38,743 nt of DNA from Candidatus Woesearchaeota archaeon (GTDB lineage Archaea; Nanobdellota; Nanobdellia; Pacearchaeales; GW2011-AR1): the NCBI GenBank assembly GCA_964429545.1, contig CAYSCL010000002.1, positions 1 through 38,743 on the forward strand, in the 5' to 3' direction. The position numbers and the translations under genes are program-made. Shown here one piece after another: positions 31,786 through 38,743 of this stretch (position 1 is the stretch's first letter; the number at the start of each line of letters is the position of its first letter). Below the pieces are notes generated by a model. The model worked only from the letters and a program-made list of their open reading frames with translations. It ran no database searches and had not been told where the DNA came from.

Positions 31786-32499
31786 ATGGAAAACAAAAAA
31801 ATATTGGATGAAATATATAGAACGATTGAATTTTACAAAAAAGTAGACAAGAGAAGTCAAGATAGTGGAAACCTTGTAGACAGAACCTATGTTCATGAAG
31901 CCATAAATGCTGTTGGAGCAATAGAAACGGTAAAAGAACTAATAGAAAAAGGCGAAATGAATGAAGAATTCCTATCTGAAATATTACCTGAAGCAAAAAA
32001 GAATTTGAAAAAATTAAAAGGTTTAGAAGCTCTAACAAAAATAAACGGCCTGACAAAAGAAAAATTAATTGAAGGACAGGCAAACCCTTACGAAATATTA
32101 ATCGATGAACAAGAATATTATGCAGGATATCTAAAAGAAAAAAACATAAAATCAGAAATAAAAGGAAAATCAAAAGAAATGACTCTGAATGAAGGGGCAA
32201 TGAATGCCCTATTAACAACACATTATGGAAATGCTGTTAAATGGGCGCCAGAAAATACAGAAATAAATGCAAAAGTAAAAAAGACTTTTTTAGGAAAAAT
32301 AATGATTCAAATAGAAAATGAATTTATTGAAAATCAACCACAAAGAAATGATATTGGTCAAAACAAAGGGATTGGAACAGAATTTACAAACACTTTGATT
32401 GAAAAACTAAAAGGTTCAATTCAATATTACAACGAAGCAGAATTATTAAAAACAAAAAATCCAATATATGGAATCAAAATAAAACTCCCTTTAAAATAA
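31786..32499 (+). CDS. orphan histidine-kinase-like protein (DHp-like helix + degenerate HATPase_c), 237 aa
   Basis: H-box-like YVHEAINAVG. About 110 aa later there is an N-box-like MNALLTTHYGNAVKW, a degenerate G1 (IQIENEFIEN), a G2-like NKGIGTEF, and the terminal GIKIKLPL. This is a tentative motif-level call. Confidence 0.35.
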   Translation: MENKKILDEIYRTIEFYKKVDKRSQDSGNLVDRTYVHEAINAVGAIETVKELIEKGEMNEEFLSEILPEAKKNLKKLKGLEALTKINGLTKEKLIEGQANPYEILIDEQEYYAGYLKEKNIKSEIKGKSKEMTLNEGAMNALLTTHYGNAVKWAPENTEINAKVKKTFLGKIMIQIENEFIENQPQRNDIGQNKGIGTEFTNTLIEKLKGSIQYYNEAELLKTKNPIYGIKIKLPLK

Positions 32500-32511
32500 T
32501 TCTCCCCAAGT

Positions 32512-32522
32512 CTTATAAATTT
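32512..32522 (+). promoter_or_regulatory. TATA box (cttataaattt) placed about 140 nt upstream of the m5C-methyltransferase ATG
   Basis: Its position predicts a transcript start near 32540, which implies an unusually long leader. Confidence 0.35.
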
Positions 32523-32564
32523 ACAATTTCTTTTTATGATATGCCGTTCTAATTCTCCACGTCC

Positions 32565-32591
32565 GGGCGGGCGGGAAAAGCAGAAAGGGGG
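32565..32591 (+). other. canonical G-quadruplex motif GGGcGGGcGGG-(11 nt)-GGGGG in the predicted leader
   Basis: Four G-tracts of three or more G, with loops of 1, 1, and 11 nt on the sense strand, inside a GC-rich island (about 32541-32650) in an AT-rich genome. Confidence 0.6.
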
Positions 32592-32601
32592 CGAGTATTT
32601 T

Positions 32602-32633
32602 GGTCTCTCCTAAATACAATCGTTTCAGAGACC
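32602..32633 (+). other. 7-bp stem hairpin ggtctct...agagacc upstream of the Shine-Dalgarno sequence (SD) GGAGG
   Basis: ggtctct (32602-32608) pairs with agagacc (32627-32633). GGAGG lies at 32646-32650, 8 nt before the ATG. Confidence 0.5.
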
Positions 32634-32657
32634 AAAGTAGGAGTTAGGAGGAAAAAC

Positions 32658-33686
32658 ATGACAAAAAGAAAAAAACAAAACTATGAACCAAAACAACTAT
32701 TCATAGAAAGGATGAATGAGCTTCTAACAGACAAAGAAGATAACCAAGCATATTGGGATATCCTCAAAATAGAACCTGTAAACTCAATCAGATGTAACAC
32801 TTTGAAAATTTCTCCAGAAAAATTAATAGAAAAATTAGAAAAGAAAGATTGGAAAATTTCTCAACCATGGAAAGAATATCCAGAAGTTATGATAATTGAA
32901 GGTAAAAAACCAACTGGAAAAGAAAATGAAATAATCAATGAAAAAGGTTTAGCAAAATTAGAACCAGGAGAACTAGGAAGATCACTAGAACATTTACTTG
33001 GTTACTATTATGTTCAAGAATTATCATCAATGCTTCCAGTTATTGCAATGACTCCAAAAGAAGGAGAATTATACTTAGATTTATGTGCTGCCCCAGGAAG
33101 CAAAACAACACAAGCAGCAGCAAAAATGAATAACAAAGGAACAATAATAGCCAACGAAGTTTCAATGGGCCGAATGAGAATTCTAGCTTCAAACTTAGAA
33201 AGATGTGGTGTAACAAACACAATAATAACAAGAAAAGAAGGGAGGGCTTTGTCTAGAAATTTTGAAAAACAAGAAATAGAATTTGATAAAATTTTAGTAG
33301 ATGCGCCCTGTTCAGGAGAAGGAACAATTCGAAGTTCCCCAAAAACATATGTTATGTGGAATCCAAAAACAATACAATCACTATCACATTTACAAAAACA
33401 ATTATTCAAAAGATCTTTTGAAAGACTAAAAATAGGGGGAGAAATGATTTATTCAACTTGCACTCATGCACCAGAAGAAAATGAAGAAGTAATTGATAAA
33501 ATGTTAGGAGAATTAGGTGACCAAATAGAAATTTTAGAATTCAGCCTTCCAATAAAGACAAGACCCGGAATAACTAAATGGAAAGATAAAACATACAACG
33601 AAAAAGTAAAACTTTCAAAAAGAGTTTATCCACAAGACAACAACACCGAAGGATTTTTTGTGAGTAAATTCAGGAGAATTAAATGA
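32658..33686 (+). CDS. NOL1/NOP2/Sun-family RNA cytosine-C5 methyltransferase
   Basis: SAM motif DLCAAPGSKTT and the catalytic Cys motifs DAPCSGEGT and YSTCT. Confidence 0.85.
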   Translation: MTKRKKQNYEPKQLFIERMNELLTDKEDNQAYWDILKIEPVNSIRCNTLKISPEKLIEKLEKKDWKISQPWKEYPEVMIIEGKKPTGKENEIINEKGLAKLEPGELGRSLEHLLGYYYVQELSSMLPVIAMTPKEGELYLDLCAAPGSKTTQAAAKMNNKGTIIANEVSMGRMRILASNLERCGVTNTIITRKEGRALSRNFEKQEIEFDKILVDAPCSGEGTIRSSPKTYVMWNPKTIQSLSHLQKQLFKRSFERLKIGGEMIYSTCTHAPEENEEVIDKMLGELGDQIEILEFSLPIKTRPGITKWKDKTYNEKVKLSKRVYPQDNNTEGFFVSKFRRIK

Positions 33687-33786
33687 GAATCCTCTTCCAA
33701 AAACAATTAATGAAATTAATTGACTATCTGGGAAACTCAAAATTTCAAAGGTTGGTTGGGGATAGGGATGGAGGATTCAAAATTAA

Positions 33787-34398
33787 ATGAAATCAAAAAA
33801 CATAATAACTTACATAACAGGAACAATATTAATTATAATAGGAATTATAATGGCAATAAAATTCCAAAACAAATATTTTTATTCGGTTTTTTCTTTGGGA
33901 ATCCTAATAGTTTCTTGGAAAATCTACAATTCAATTTCAGAAAAACCCTTGTTCCACAAATTTAAAACAAAACATCATTTAATTTTTTGGATAGATATTA
34001 TAATAATTTCAATAATAATTGATTACATCGGAACAAAAATAGGCTATTGGAAGGTTAGCTTTGTGGGCATGGAAGGAATAATAAAATACTTTCCTCACTG
34101 GGCCATCCCAATGGTTTCTTTAATGATAATATTCCTTATTTTCAAAAAAGTTTTAGAAAAAAAGAAAACAAACAAAATAATCTCCCCTATAATTTCATTA
34201 ACAATACCAATAACCATTTTAGGAATTGTATCGGAATATCTAAACTTTTTTGGAAATGCATGGTTAATTCAATCAATGCCCATAACTGACATAAAAATTG
34301 GACCATATTATTTAATATTCCAAACAATAGGTTTTTGGATTTTAACATTAATTCCATATATAGAATATAAACTAATAAAAAAATACTTAATAAAATGA
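33787..34398 (+). CDS. polytopic membrane protein (203 aa)
   Basis: About six hydrophobic helices. Preferred over the overlapping out-of-frame ORF 33720..33965. Confidence 0.5.
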   Translation: MKSKNIITYITGTILIIIGIIMAIKFQNKYFYSVFSLGILIVSWKIYNSISEKPLFHKFKTKHHLIFWIDIIIISIIIDYIGTKIGYWKVSFVGMEGIIKYFPHWAIPMVSLMIIFLIFKKVLEKKKTNKIISPIISLTIPITILGIVSEYLNFFGNAWLIQSMPITDIKIGPYYLIFQTIGFWILTLIPYIEYKLIKKYLIK

Positions 34399-34634
34399 AA
34401 TCAAAAATAATAAAAAAATTACTAAACATAAGCTTTTCGACATTGGGAATTCTAATCCTATTATGGACGATACTTTGGTTCATAAAATTAAAAACAGCAA
34501 CAGATTTGGGAACATTAATCATTGGAATAATTTTCCTAGCAACTGGAATTTATGCAGTATTAATTTTCATAGGATTAATACTTGCATATTTAATAATAAA
34601 ATTCATAATTAAAAAAATCACAAGAAGAAAATGA
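34395..34634 (+). CDS. small membrane protein (79 aa)
   Basis: Two hydrophobic helices. There are 4-nt start/stop overlaps with both neighbouring genes. Confidence 0.5.
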   Translation: MKSKIIKKLLNISFSTLGILILLWTILWFIKLKTATDLGTLIIGIIFLATGIYAVLIFIGLILAYLIIKFIIKKITRRK

Positions 34635-35113
34635 AACCAATAGAACCAATAAAATTATTAGCAGGAAAAGAAAGATTGAAATTCATAAATAAATTGAAAG
34701 AGCAATTTGGAATAGATGACATAAAAGGAACTTTATTGAAAAGAGGAAAAGAAAGAGTTTTCCTATTTGAAGGGGACAGGGGGAAAAAAGATATAGACAA
34801 ATTAAGTAAAGCTACATTCATAGAAAGAGTTGGAGTTTATTTGGCAAAAGAAGAAGAGATGGGAATAAGATTGTCAATTGAAGGCTCGCAAATTCTAAAA
34901 AATAAAATAACAAAAAACATAATTGAACTAACAAAAGAAGAAATGCAAACATGGATGATGGGGCATGAAGTATTAAGAAAAAATGATTTCACAGGTTTTG
35001 CAATAATAAAATACAAAGAAGACATGCTCGGAACAGGAAAAGCATCAGAAGAAAAAATAACAAACTTCATTCCCAAATCAAGAAGATTGAAAGATAAAAC
35101 TATTGAGAATTAG
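34631..35113 (+). CDS. PUA-like RNA-binding protein (Nip7-like / RsmF C-terminal-domain-like)
   Basis: The C-terminal half (W..GHEV......GFAIIKYKEDMLGTGKASEEKITNFIPKSRRL) resembles the PUA-type tail LG-GK....i-N..PK..R found at the end of RsmF-type m5C methyltransferases and in Nip7. Confidence 0.4.
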   Translation: MKPIEPIKLLAGKERLKFINKLKEQFGIDDIKGTLLKRGKERVFLFEGDRGKKDIDKLSKATFIERVGVYLAKEEEMGIRLSIEGSQILKNKITKNIIELTKEEMQTWMMGHEVLRKNDFTGFAIIKYKEDMLGTGKASEEKITNFIPKSRRLKDKTIEN

Positions 35114-35273
35114 GCTTAACCCTTCAATTAGAGGTGTTTAATCTACTTATAATTAATTTCATAATAAAAAAAGAAAAAAATTAATGCTTTCTATGAAAAA
35201 GTTCATTTAATACCTGTTACGCAATATTATTTCGAAAGTTAATTTTATATAGAACCCCAACCAATTCTATTTT

Positions 35274-35603
35274 ATGGATCAAAGAATCAATCAGATTTTC
35301 ACTGGATTAATTGCAATTTCATCTTTAATAAGTGTTGCATTATTGTGGAAATACAATTTCATCTTAACTATCGCTCTCATTATTTTAGCAATACTTATGT
35401 TATTAATGAATAAGTCCAAGCAAGAAATAAAGACATTTATTTTTTGTGCTTTTTTTGGTGCAATGGCTGAGGCATTTGCAATAACTTTTGGTACTTGGAC
35501 TTATGGAAATACTAGTTTTATTGGTATTCCAATTTGGTTAATAGTATTATGGGGAATTGCTTCTGTATTTATGGTTAGGGTTTATTTATTTTTTAAGAAT
35601 TAA
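35274..35603 (+). CDS. small membrane protein (109 aa)
   Basis: Four hydrophobic helices. No family recognised. Confidence 0.5.
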   Translation: MDQRINQIFTGLIAISSLISVALLWKYNFILTIALIILAILMLLMNKSKQEIKTFIFCAFFGAMAEAFAITFGTWTYGNTSFIGIPIWLIVLWGIASVFMVRVYLFFKN

Positions 35604-35756
35604 CTTTCTTCCGTCATACGGTTATTACGAAAATTAAAAATTTTCTCCAGCAGTTTTTCTTATAGAAAAACCATATAACATATATTAAAAAGAAAAATCT
35701 TTCAGATTTTTCTCAAATAGCTTTGCGACTTTTTTTAAGCCCGACGTTCAAGGAAA

Positions 35757-35769
35757 TAAAGTTTTGGGC
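35757..35769. repeat. left arm of a perfect 13-bp inverted repeat bracketing the GNAT gene
   Basis: taaagttttgggc is the reverse complement of gcccaaaacttta at 36300-36312. Confidence 0.75.
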
Positions 35770-35815
35770 TTTTTGATGAGAAAGTATTATATATTTGATT
35801 AAATATATTTAGGTT

Positions 35816-36298
35816 ATGGTTATAAAAATTAAGGAAGCAACAAAAGAAGATTTTGATATTTTGATTCTATTTCGATTAAAATTATTACAGCATGATTCTC
35901 AACTAGATCCAGATAGACCTTACACCATAGATAAAATACAAAAATCAAGCAAATATATGAAAAATTATCTTAAAAAAGAAGATAATAAATATTTTTTAGC
36001 ATACCATAATTCGTTGCCAATTGGATATCTCCATGTAACTTTTGACGATAAAAAAAATAAAACAAGTAGTTATATCAGCGAATTATATGTGCTTGATTTA
36101 TATCGAAATCAAGGCGTAGGGAAAAAGTTAGTTTTGTATCAATGGAACCATCTGAAAAAAATAGGAATAAATGAGAATACATTAACAACTACAAAATATA
36201 AAAATCGTCGAACAATTAATTTTTATAAAAAATTAAACTATAAATTAATTAAAGAAAATAAAGATGAAAACATAGTTTATTTCTCAAGAACAATTTGA
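35816..36298 (+). CDS. GNAT-family N-acetyltransferase
   Basis: Motif A LYVLDLYRNQGVGKKL (Q/R-x-x-G-x-G/A) and the C-terminal NFYKKLNY. Confidence 0.75.
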   Translation: MVIKIKEATKEDFDILILFRLKLLQHDSQLDPDRPYTIDKIQKSSKYMKNYLKKEDNKYFLAYHNSLPIGYLHVTFDDKKNKTSSYISELYVLDLYRNQGVGKKLVLYQWNHLKKIGINENTLTTTKYKNRRTINFYKKLNYKLIKENKDENIVYFSRTI

Positions 36299-36299
36299 C

Positions 36300-36312
36300 G
36301 CCCAAAACTTTA
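36300..36312. repeat. right arm of the 13-bp inverted repeat bracketing the GNAT gene
   Basis: gcccaaaacttta begins 2 nt after the GNAT stop codon. Confidence 0.75.
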
Positions 36313-36619
36313 ATTCTGCGGTTTGCTTTCAGCAAATTCTCGGGGACGGCTTACAGCCTTTCGCTTCGCTCATCCTCATTTAACAGAACTTAAAGAGCTA
36401 CGTCTTGCAAACTCCAACAGAATTTCTCCCATTGGTCGAAACTCTCCTTAAGCCTGATGTTAACAAAAATAGAATTATCTTAAAAAGACTATTTCTCCTT
36501 TTTTCAAAAACGAAAACAATCAAAGAATAAATTATTTTTAGATTAGTTTGAATTTAGAAATTTTAGATTAACCTATTGATTATCTAAAAATTATACAATT
36601 TTAAAATAATCAAAAAGAA

Positions 36620-36727
36620 TTATTCGGTTTTGTTTTCGTAACAATCTTCACAGTATTCACCACGTTCTTCGAATTCTTCCTGAGTGCAATCAACATGGTA
36701 ATTGCATCCCTTACATCTAAATCTCAT
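36620..36727 (-). CDS. 35-aa zinc-ribbon mini-protein, paralog 1 (not in the ORF track)
   Basis: Hand translation gives MRFRCKGCNYHVDCTQEEFEERGEYCEDCYENKTE, with CxxC ... C ... CxxC. A TATA-like aatataaatatt lies upstream. Confidence 0.55.
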   Translation of the reverse strand: MRFRCKGCNYHVDCTQEEFEERGEYCEDCYENKTE

Positions 36728-36784
36728 AAATTCAAGCATTAAATATTAAAGAATTTGAACTTTATTAATATTTATATTCGCCGA

Positions 36785-36892
36785 TTATGAGCTTTCATCA
36801 AAAAAACAATCTTCACAACACTCTTCATGACGTTCAAATTCATCCTCTTTACAATCAATCCAAACTCCACAATTCCTGCATCGAAATCTCAT
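36785..36892 (-). CDS. 35-aa zinc-ribbon mini-protein, paralog 2 (not in the ORF track)
   Basis: Hand translation gives MRFRCRNCGVWIDCKEDEFERHEECCEDCFFDESS. It has the same length and Cys spacing as paralog 1. Confidence 0.55.
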   Translation of the reverse strand: MRFRCRNCGVWIDCKEDEFERHEECCEDCFFDESS

Positions 36893-36966
36893 ATATTCTA
36901 ACATAAAAATAAAACAATAATATCAATAATATTGCTTATCAATTAAACTGGATAAATAAACAAAAT

Positions 36967-37179
36967 TCATTCTTTTTCATTAATCAAAGCTTCCAAACCT
37001 TTTTCAATGATTAAATCCCAACGAGGATTGCCTCCCCAGCCCTTTGCTTTTCCAATTAACTTTGCAGCATATTCATAATTCATTAAATTTTTCTCAAATT
37101 GATATTTCAAATCAGAATCATTAGAATAATCTTTATCTGGATTTAAAATTAATTCATAAGTTGGCTTTTGTTCTACCAT
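36967..37179 (-). CDS. hypothetical small protein (70 aa from the first ATG)
   Basis: The ORF-track start 37191 is TTG, and the first ATG is at 37179. No motif recognised. Confidence 0.4.
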   Translation of the reverse strand: MVEQKPTYELILNPDKDYSNDSDLKYQFEKNLMNYEYAAKLIGKAKGWGGNPRWDLIIEKGLEALINEKE

Positions 37180-37282
37180 AATAAGAAACAATCAAATCAC
37201 ATTTTAAACATTTATATCTTCAAATATATGTTTTTAAAAAATAAACCACCAACTTTATAACCCCACAAAATCTTTCTAAAAC

Positions 37283-38161
37283 ATGGATAAAAAATCAATA
37301 ATTGAAGCAGGAAACATAGCCAAAGAAATAAAGGAATGGATTAAACCCCAAATAAAAAAAGGGATTCCATTATTAGAAATTGCAGAAAAAATTGAAAATA
37401 AAATTGAAGAATTAGGAGGATTTCCAGCATTTCCTGTAAACTTGTCAATAAATGAACAAGCAGCACATTATACTCCAAGCCACAATGATGAAAAAACAGC
37501 CCATGGATTACTAAAAGTAGATTTTGGTGTTCAAATAGATGGGTGGATTGCAGACACCGCATTTTCAGTAGATTTAGAAAACTCAGAATTAAATCAAAAA
37601 TTAATTCAAGCATCAAAACACGCATTAGAAAATGTAGAAAAAAATATTTCTTCAGAAATAACTTTAGGAGACATGGGAAAAATAATTGAAGACACAATTA
37701 ATTCATATAATTTTCATCCAATCGCGAATCTTTCAGGACACCTGATGGAACAATTTGATTTACATGCAGGAGTTTCAGTTCCAAACATAAACAACGAATC
37801 AGATTTTGAAATGGGAGAAGGATTATATGCAATAGAACCATTTGCAACAAATGGTAATGGAAAAGTTCACGACGGTGCAAAAGGAAATATTTATCTTTGG
37901 GTTGAAGACAGAAATGTAAGAAGCCCATTTGCAAGACAAACACTAGAATTCATAAAAGATAATTTTGGAAACTTACCTTTCGCAGGAAGATGGGTAATAA
38001 AAGAATTAGGATCAAAAGCATTACTTGGACTTAGACAATTAGAAAACGAAGGAATACTCCACCAATATCCAATATTAACAGAAGAAAAAGGCAAACTTGT
38101 TTCCCAAGCAGAAAACACTTTTCTAATAGAAAAAGATCAAGTGATTGTTACAAGTGAATAA
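37283..38161 (+). CDS. map: methionine aminopeptidase, type 2 (archaeal)
   Basis: Pita-bread motifs AAHYTP, DFGVQIDGWIADTAF, GHLMEQF, and AIEPFAT..G. A TATA box actttataacc sits about 26 nt upstream. Confidence 0.9.
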   Translation: MDKKSIIEAGNIAKEIKEWIKPQIKKGIPLLEIAEKIENKIEELGGFPAFPVNLSINEQAAHYTPSHNDEKTAHGLLKVDFGVQIDGWIADTAFSVDLENSELNQKLIQASKHALENVEKNISSEITLGDMGKIIEDTINSYNFHPIANLSGHLMEQFDLHAGVSVPNINNESDFEMGEGLYAIEPFATNGNGKVHDGAKGNIYLWVEDRNVRSPFARQTLEFIKDNFGNLPFAGRWVIKELGSKALLGLRQLENEGILHQYPILTEEKGKLVSQAENTFLIEKDQVIVTSE

Positions 38162-38698
38162 TTATTTCAATTTTTTAAAGATTTCATGCCTTGGAGTTAT
38201 AATTTTTTCATCCTCTCCAATATAATCCCAATCATCGTAATCAAGCAGGTAAATTTTTTTTAATTTTAAATCGCATAACGAGTTTTCTCTTTTAACATCT
38301 CCAGGAACAAAACCTCCTCTCAAAAGATTATCCAAAATGTCCTTATGCAAATTCAAAAAATAATCATAATATAGGCCCGGAATATTATTTAATTTCTTCA
38401 AAGAATGCATATCTTCATTAACAAAACCTGGAACAAAAGAACATTTATCTTCATGATAAATTTTGAACCCTCCAAAAATTTTTGGAACATCATAACCCTT
38501 TTCATTTAATTTTCTAGCTATTTTTTCTTGATGAATTGTTAGTCTAACAACAAAATCCAAATCATCTTCTTTTTTCAAAACTTTTGCCAATCCCCCTCTA
38601 AAAACAGAATAAAGAAAAGACATCCCTCCAATATATTTACAATCATTATAATTAATTCTAAATTTTTTAGGCAAACTATCAATTAAATTATCAGTCAT
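38162..38698 (-). CDS. mini protein-kinase-fold protein, paralog 2 (Bud32/RIO/Kdo-kinase-like, 178 aa)
   Basis: Gly-rich loop YIGGMSF, AxK (LAKVLKK), hinge FVPGFVNE, catalytic loop GDVKRENS (D-x-K-x-x-N), and a metal-binding LLDYDDW. Confidence 0.5.
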   Translation of the reverse strand: MTDNLIDSLPKKFRINYNDCKYIGGMSFLYSVFRGGLAKVLKKEDDLDFVVRLTIHQEKIARKLNEKGYDVPKIFGGFKIYHEDKCSFVPGFVNEDMHSLKKLNNIPGLYYDYFLNLHKDILDNLLRGGFVPGDVKRENSLCDLKLKKIYLLDYDDWDYIGEDEKIITPRHEIFKKLK

Positions 38699-38743
38699 AA
38701 ATATAAAATCCCCAGACCCTATTTAAAATTAATTATTATGATT

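Noticed and set aside
32541-32650. The GC-rich island as SRP/4.5S RNA or a C/D-box sRNA
   Set aside because: It contains an AAGCAG-like string, but the two halves are not complementary (both are G-rich), so no SRP-like hairpin forms. It is far too short for archaeal 7S RNA. No C (RUGAUGA) / D (CUGA) box pair with a terminal stem was found.
33720-33965. An 81-aa ORF overlapping the start of the membrane-protein gene
   Set aside because: It is out of frame with, and mostly inside, 33787..34398, which has coherent transmembrane helices. It starts at a non-ATG codon and has an Asn-rich low-complexity translation.

Overview
This is a strongly AT-rich archaeal chromosomal segment using the standard genetic code. 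It looks like a small-genome, DPANN-type archaeon. Genes are tightly packed, a cTTTATAAAa-type TATA box sits about 25 nt upstream of most ATGs (so mostly leaderless), and one tRNA carries an intron.

Coding content:
- Replication and repair: RFC small and large subunits with a small Cys protein wedged between them, FEN1, family-B DNA polymerase, endonuclease III, and a HerA/FtsK-like ATPase.
- RNA modification and translation: Elp3, a Trm5/Taw-type methyltransferase, a NOL1/NOP2/Sun m5C methyltransferase plus a separate PUA-like protein, a circularly permuted GTPase, MetAP2, a ribosomal protein L41e gene missing from the ORF track, tRNA-Glu(UUC), and tRNA-Ile(UAU) with an inferred 46-nt intron.
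- Energy: ADP-forming acetyl-CoA synthetase alpha and beta subunits, divergently transcribed.
- Cell surface: an 1159-aa secreted protein with 14 RCC1 blades apparently nested inside a LamG fold, a 680-aa membrane-anchored lipase-like hydrolase, a membrane-anchored thioredoxin-fold protein, and several small membrane proteins.
- Other: two paralogous mini kinase-fold proteins, an orphan histidine-kinase-like protein, two GNAT genes, and two tandem 35-aa zinc-ribbon genes not in the ORF track.

The most unusual signals are non-coding:
- (1) C-rich arrays of 10/11-nt units (about 21-bp period) at three loci. Two of them flank an A/T core with a dyad in a 392-bp convergent gap, which resembles an origin or iteron layout. 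Related sequence is embedded in the 3' ends of coding sequences and inside polB.
- (2) A double-hairpin element of about 70 bp in three copies, with compensatory base-pair changes.
- (3) A long-hairpin element of about 69 bp in two copies, again with covariation.
- (4) tRNA-derived tandem repeats and a tRNA 3'-end duplicate next to tRNA-Ile.
- (5) A perfect 35-bp duplication of the herA-like 3' end.
- (6) A GC-rich leader with a G-quadruplex motif upstream of the m5C methyltransferase.
- (7) A GNAT gene bracketed by a perfect 13-bp inverted repeat.

All functional calls come from motif recognition by eye. No database search was possible.
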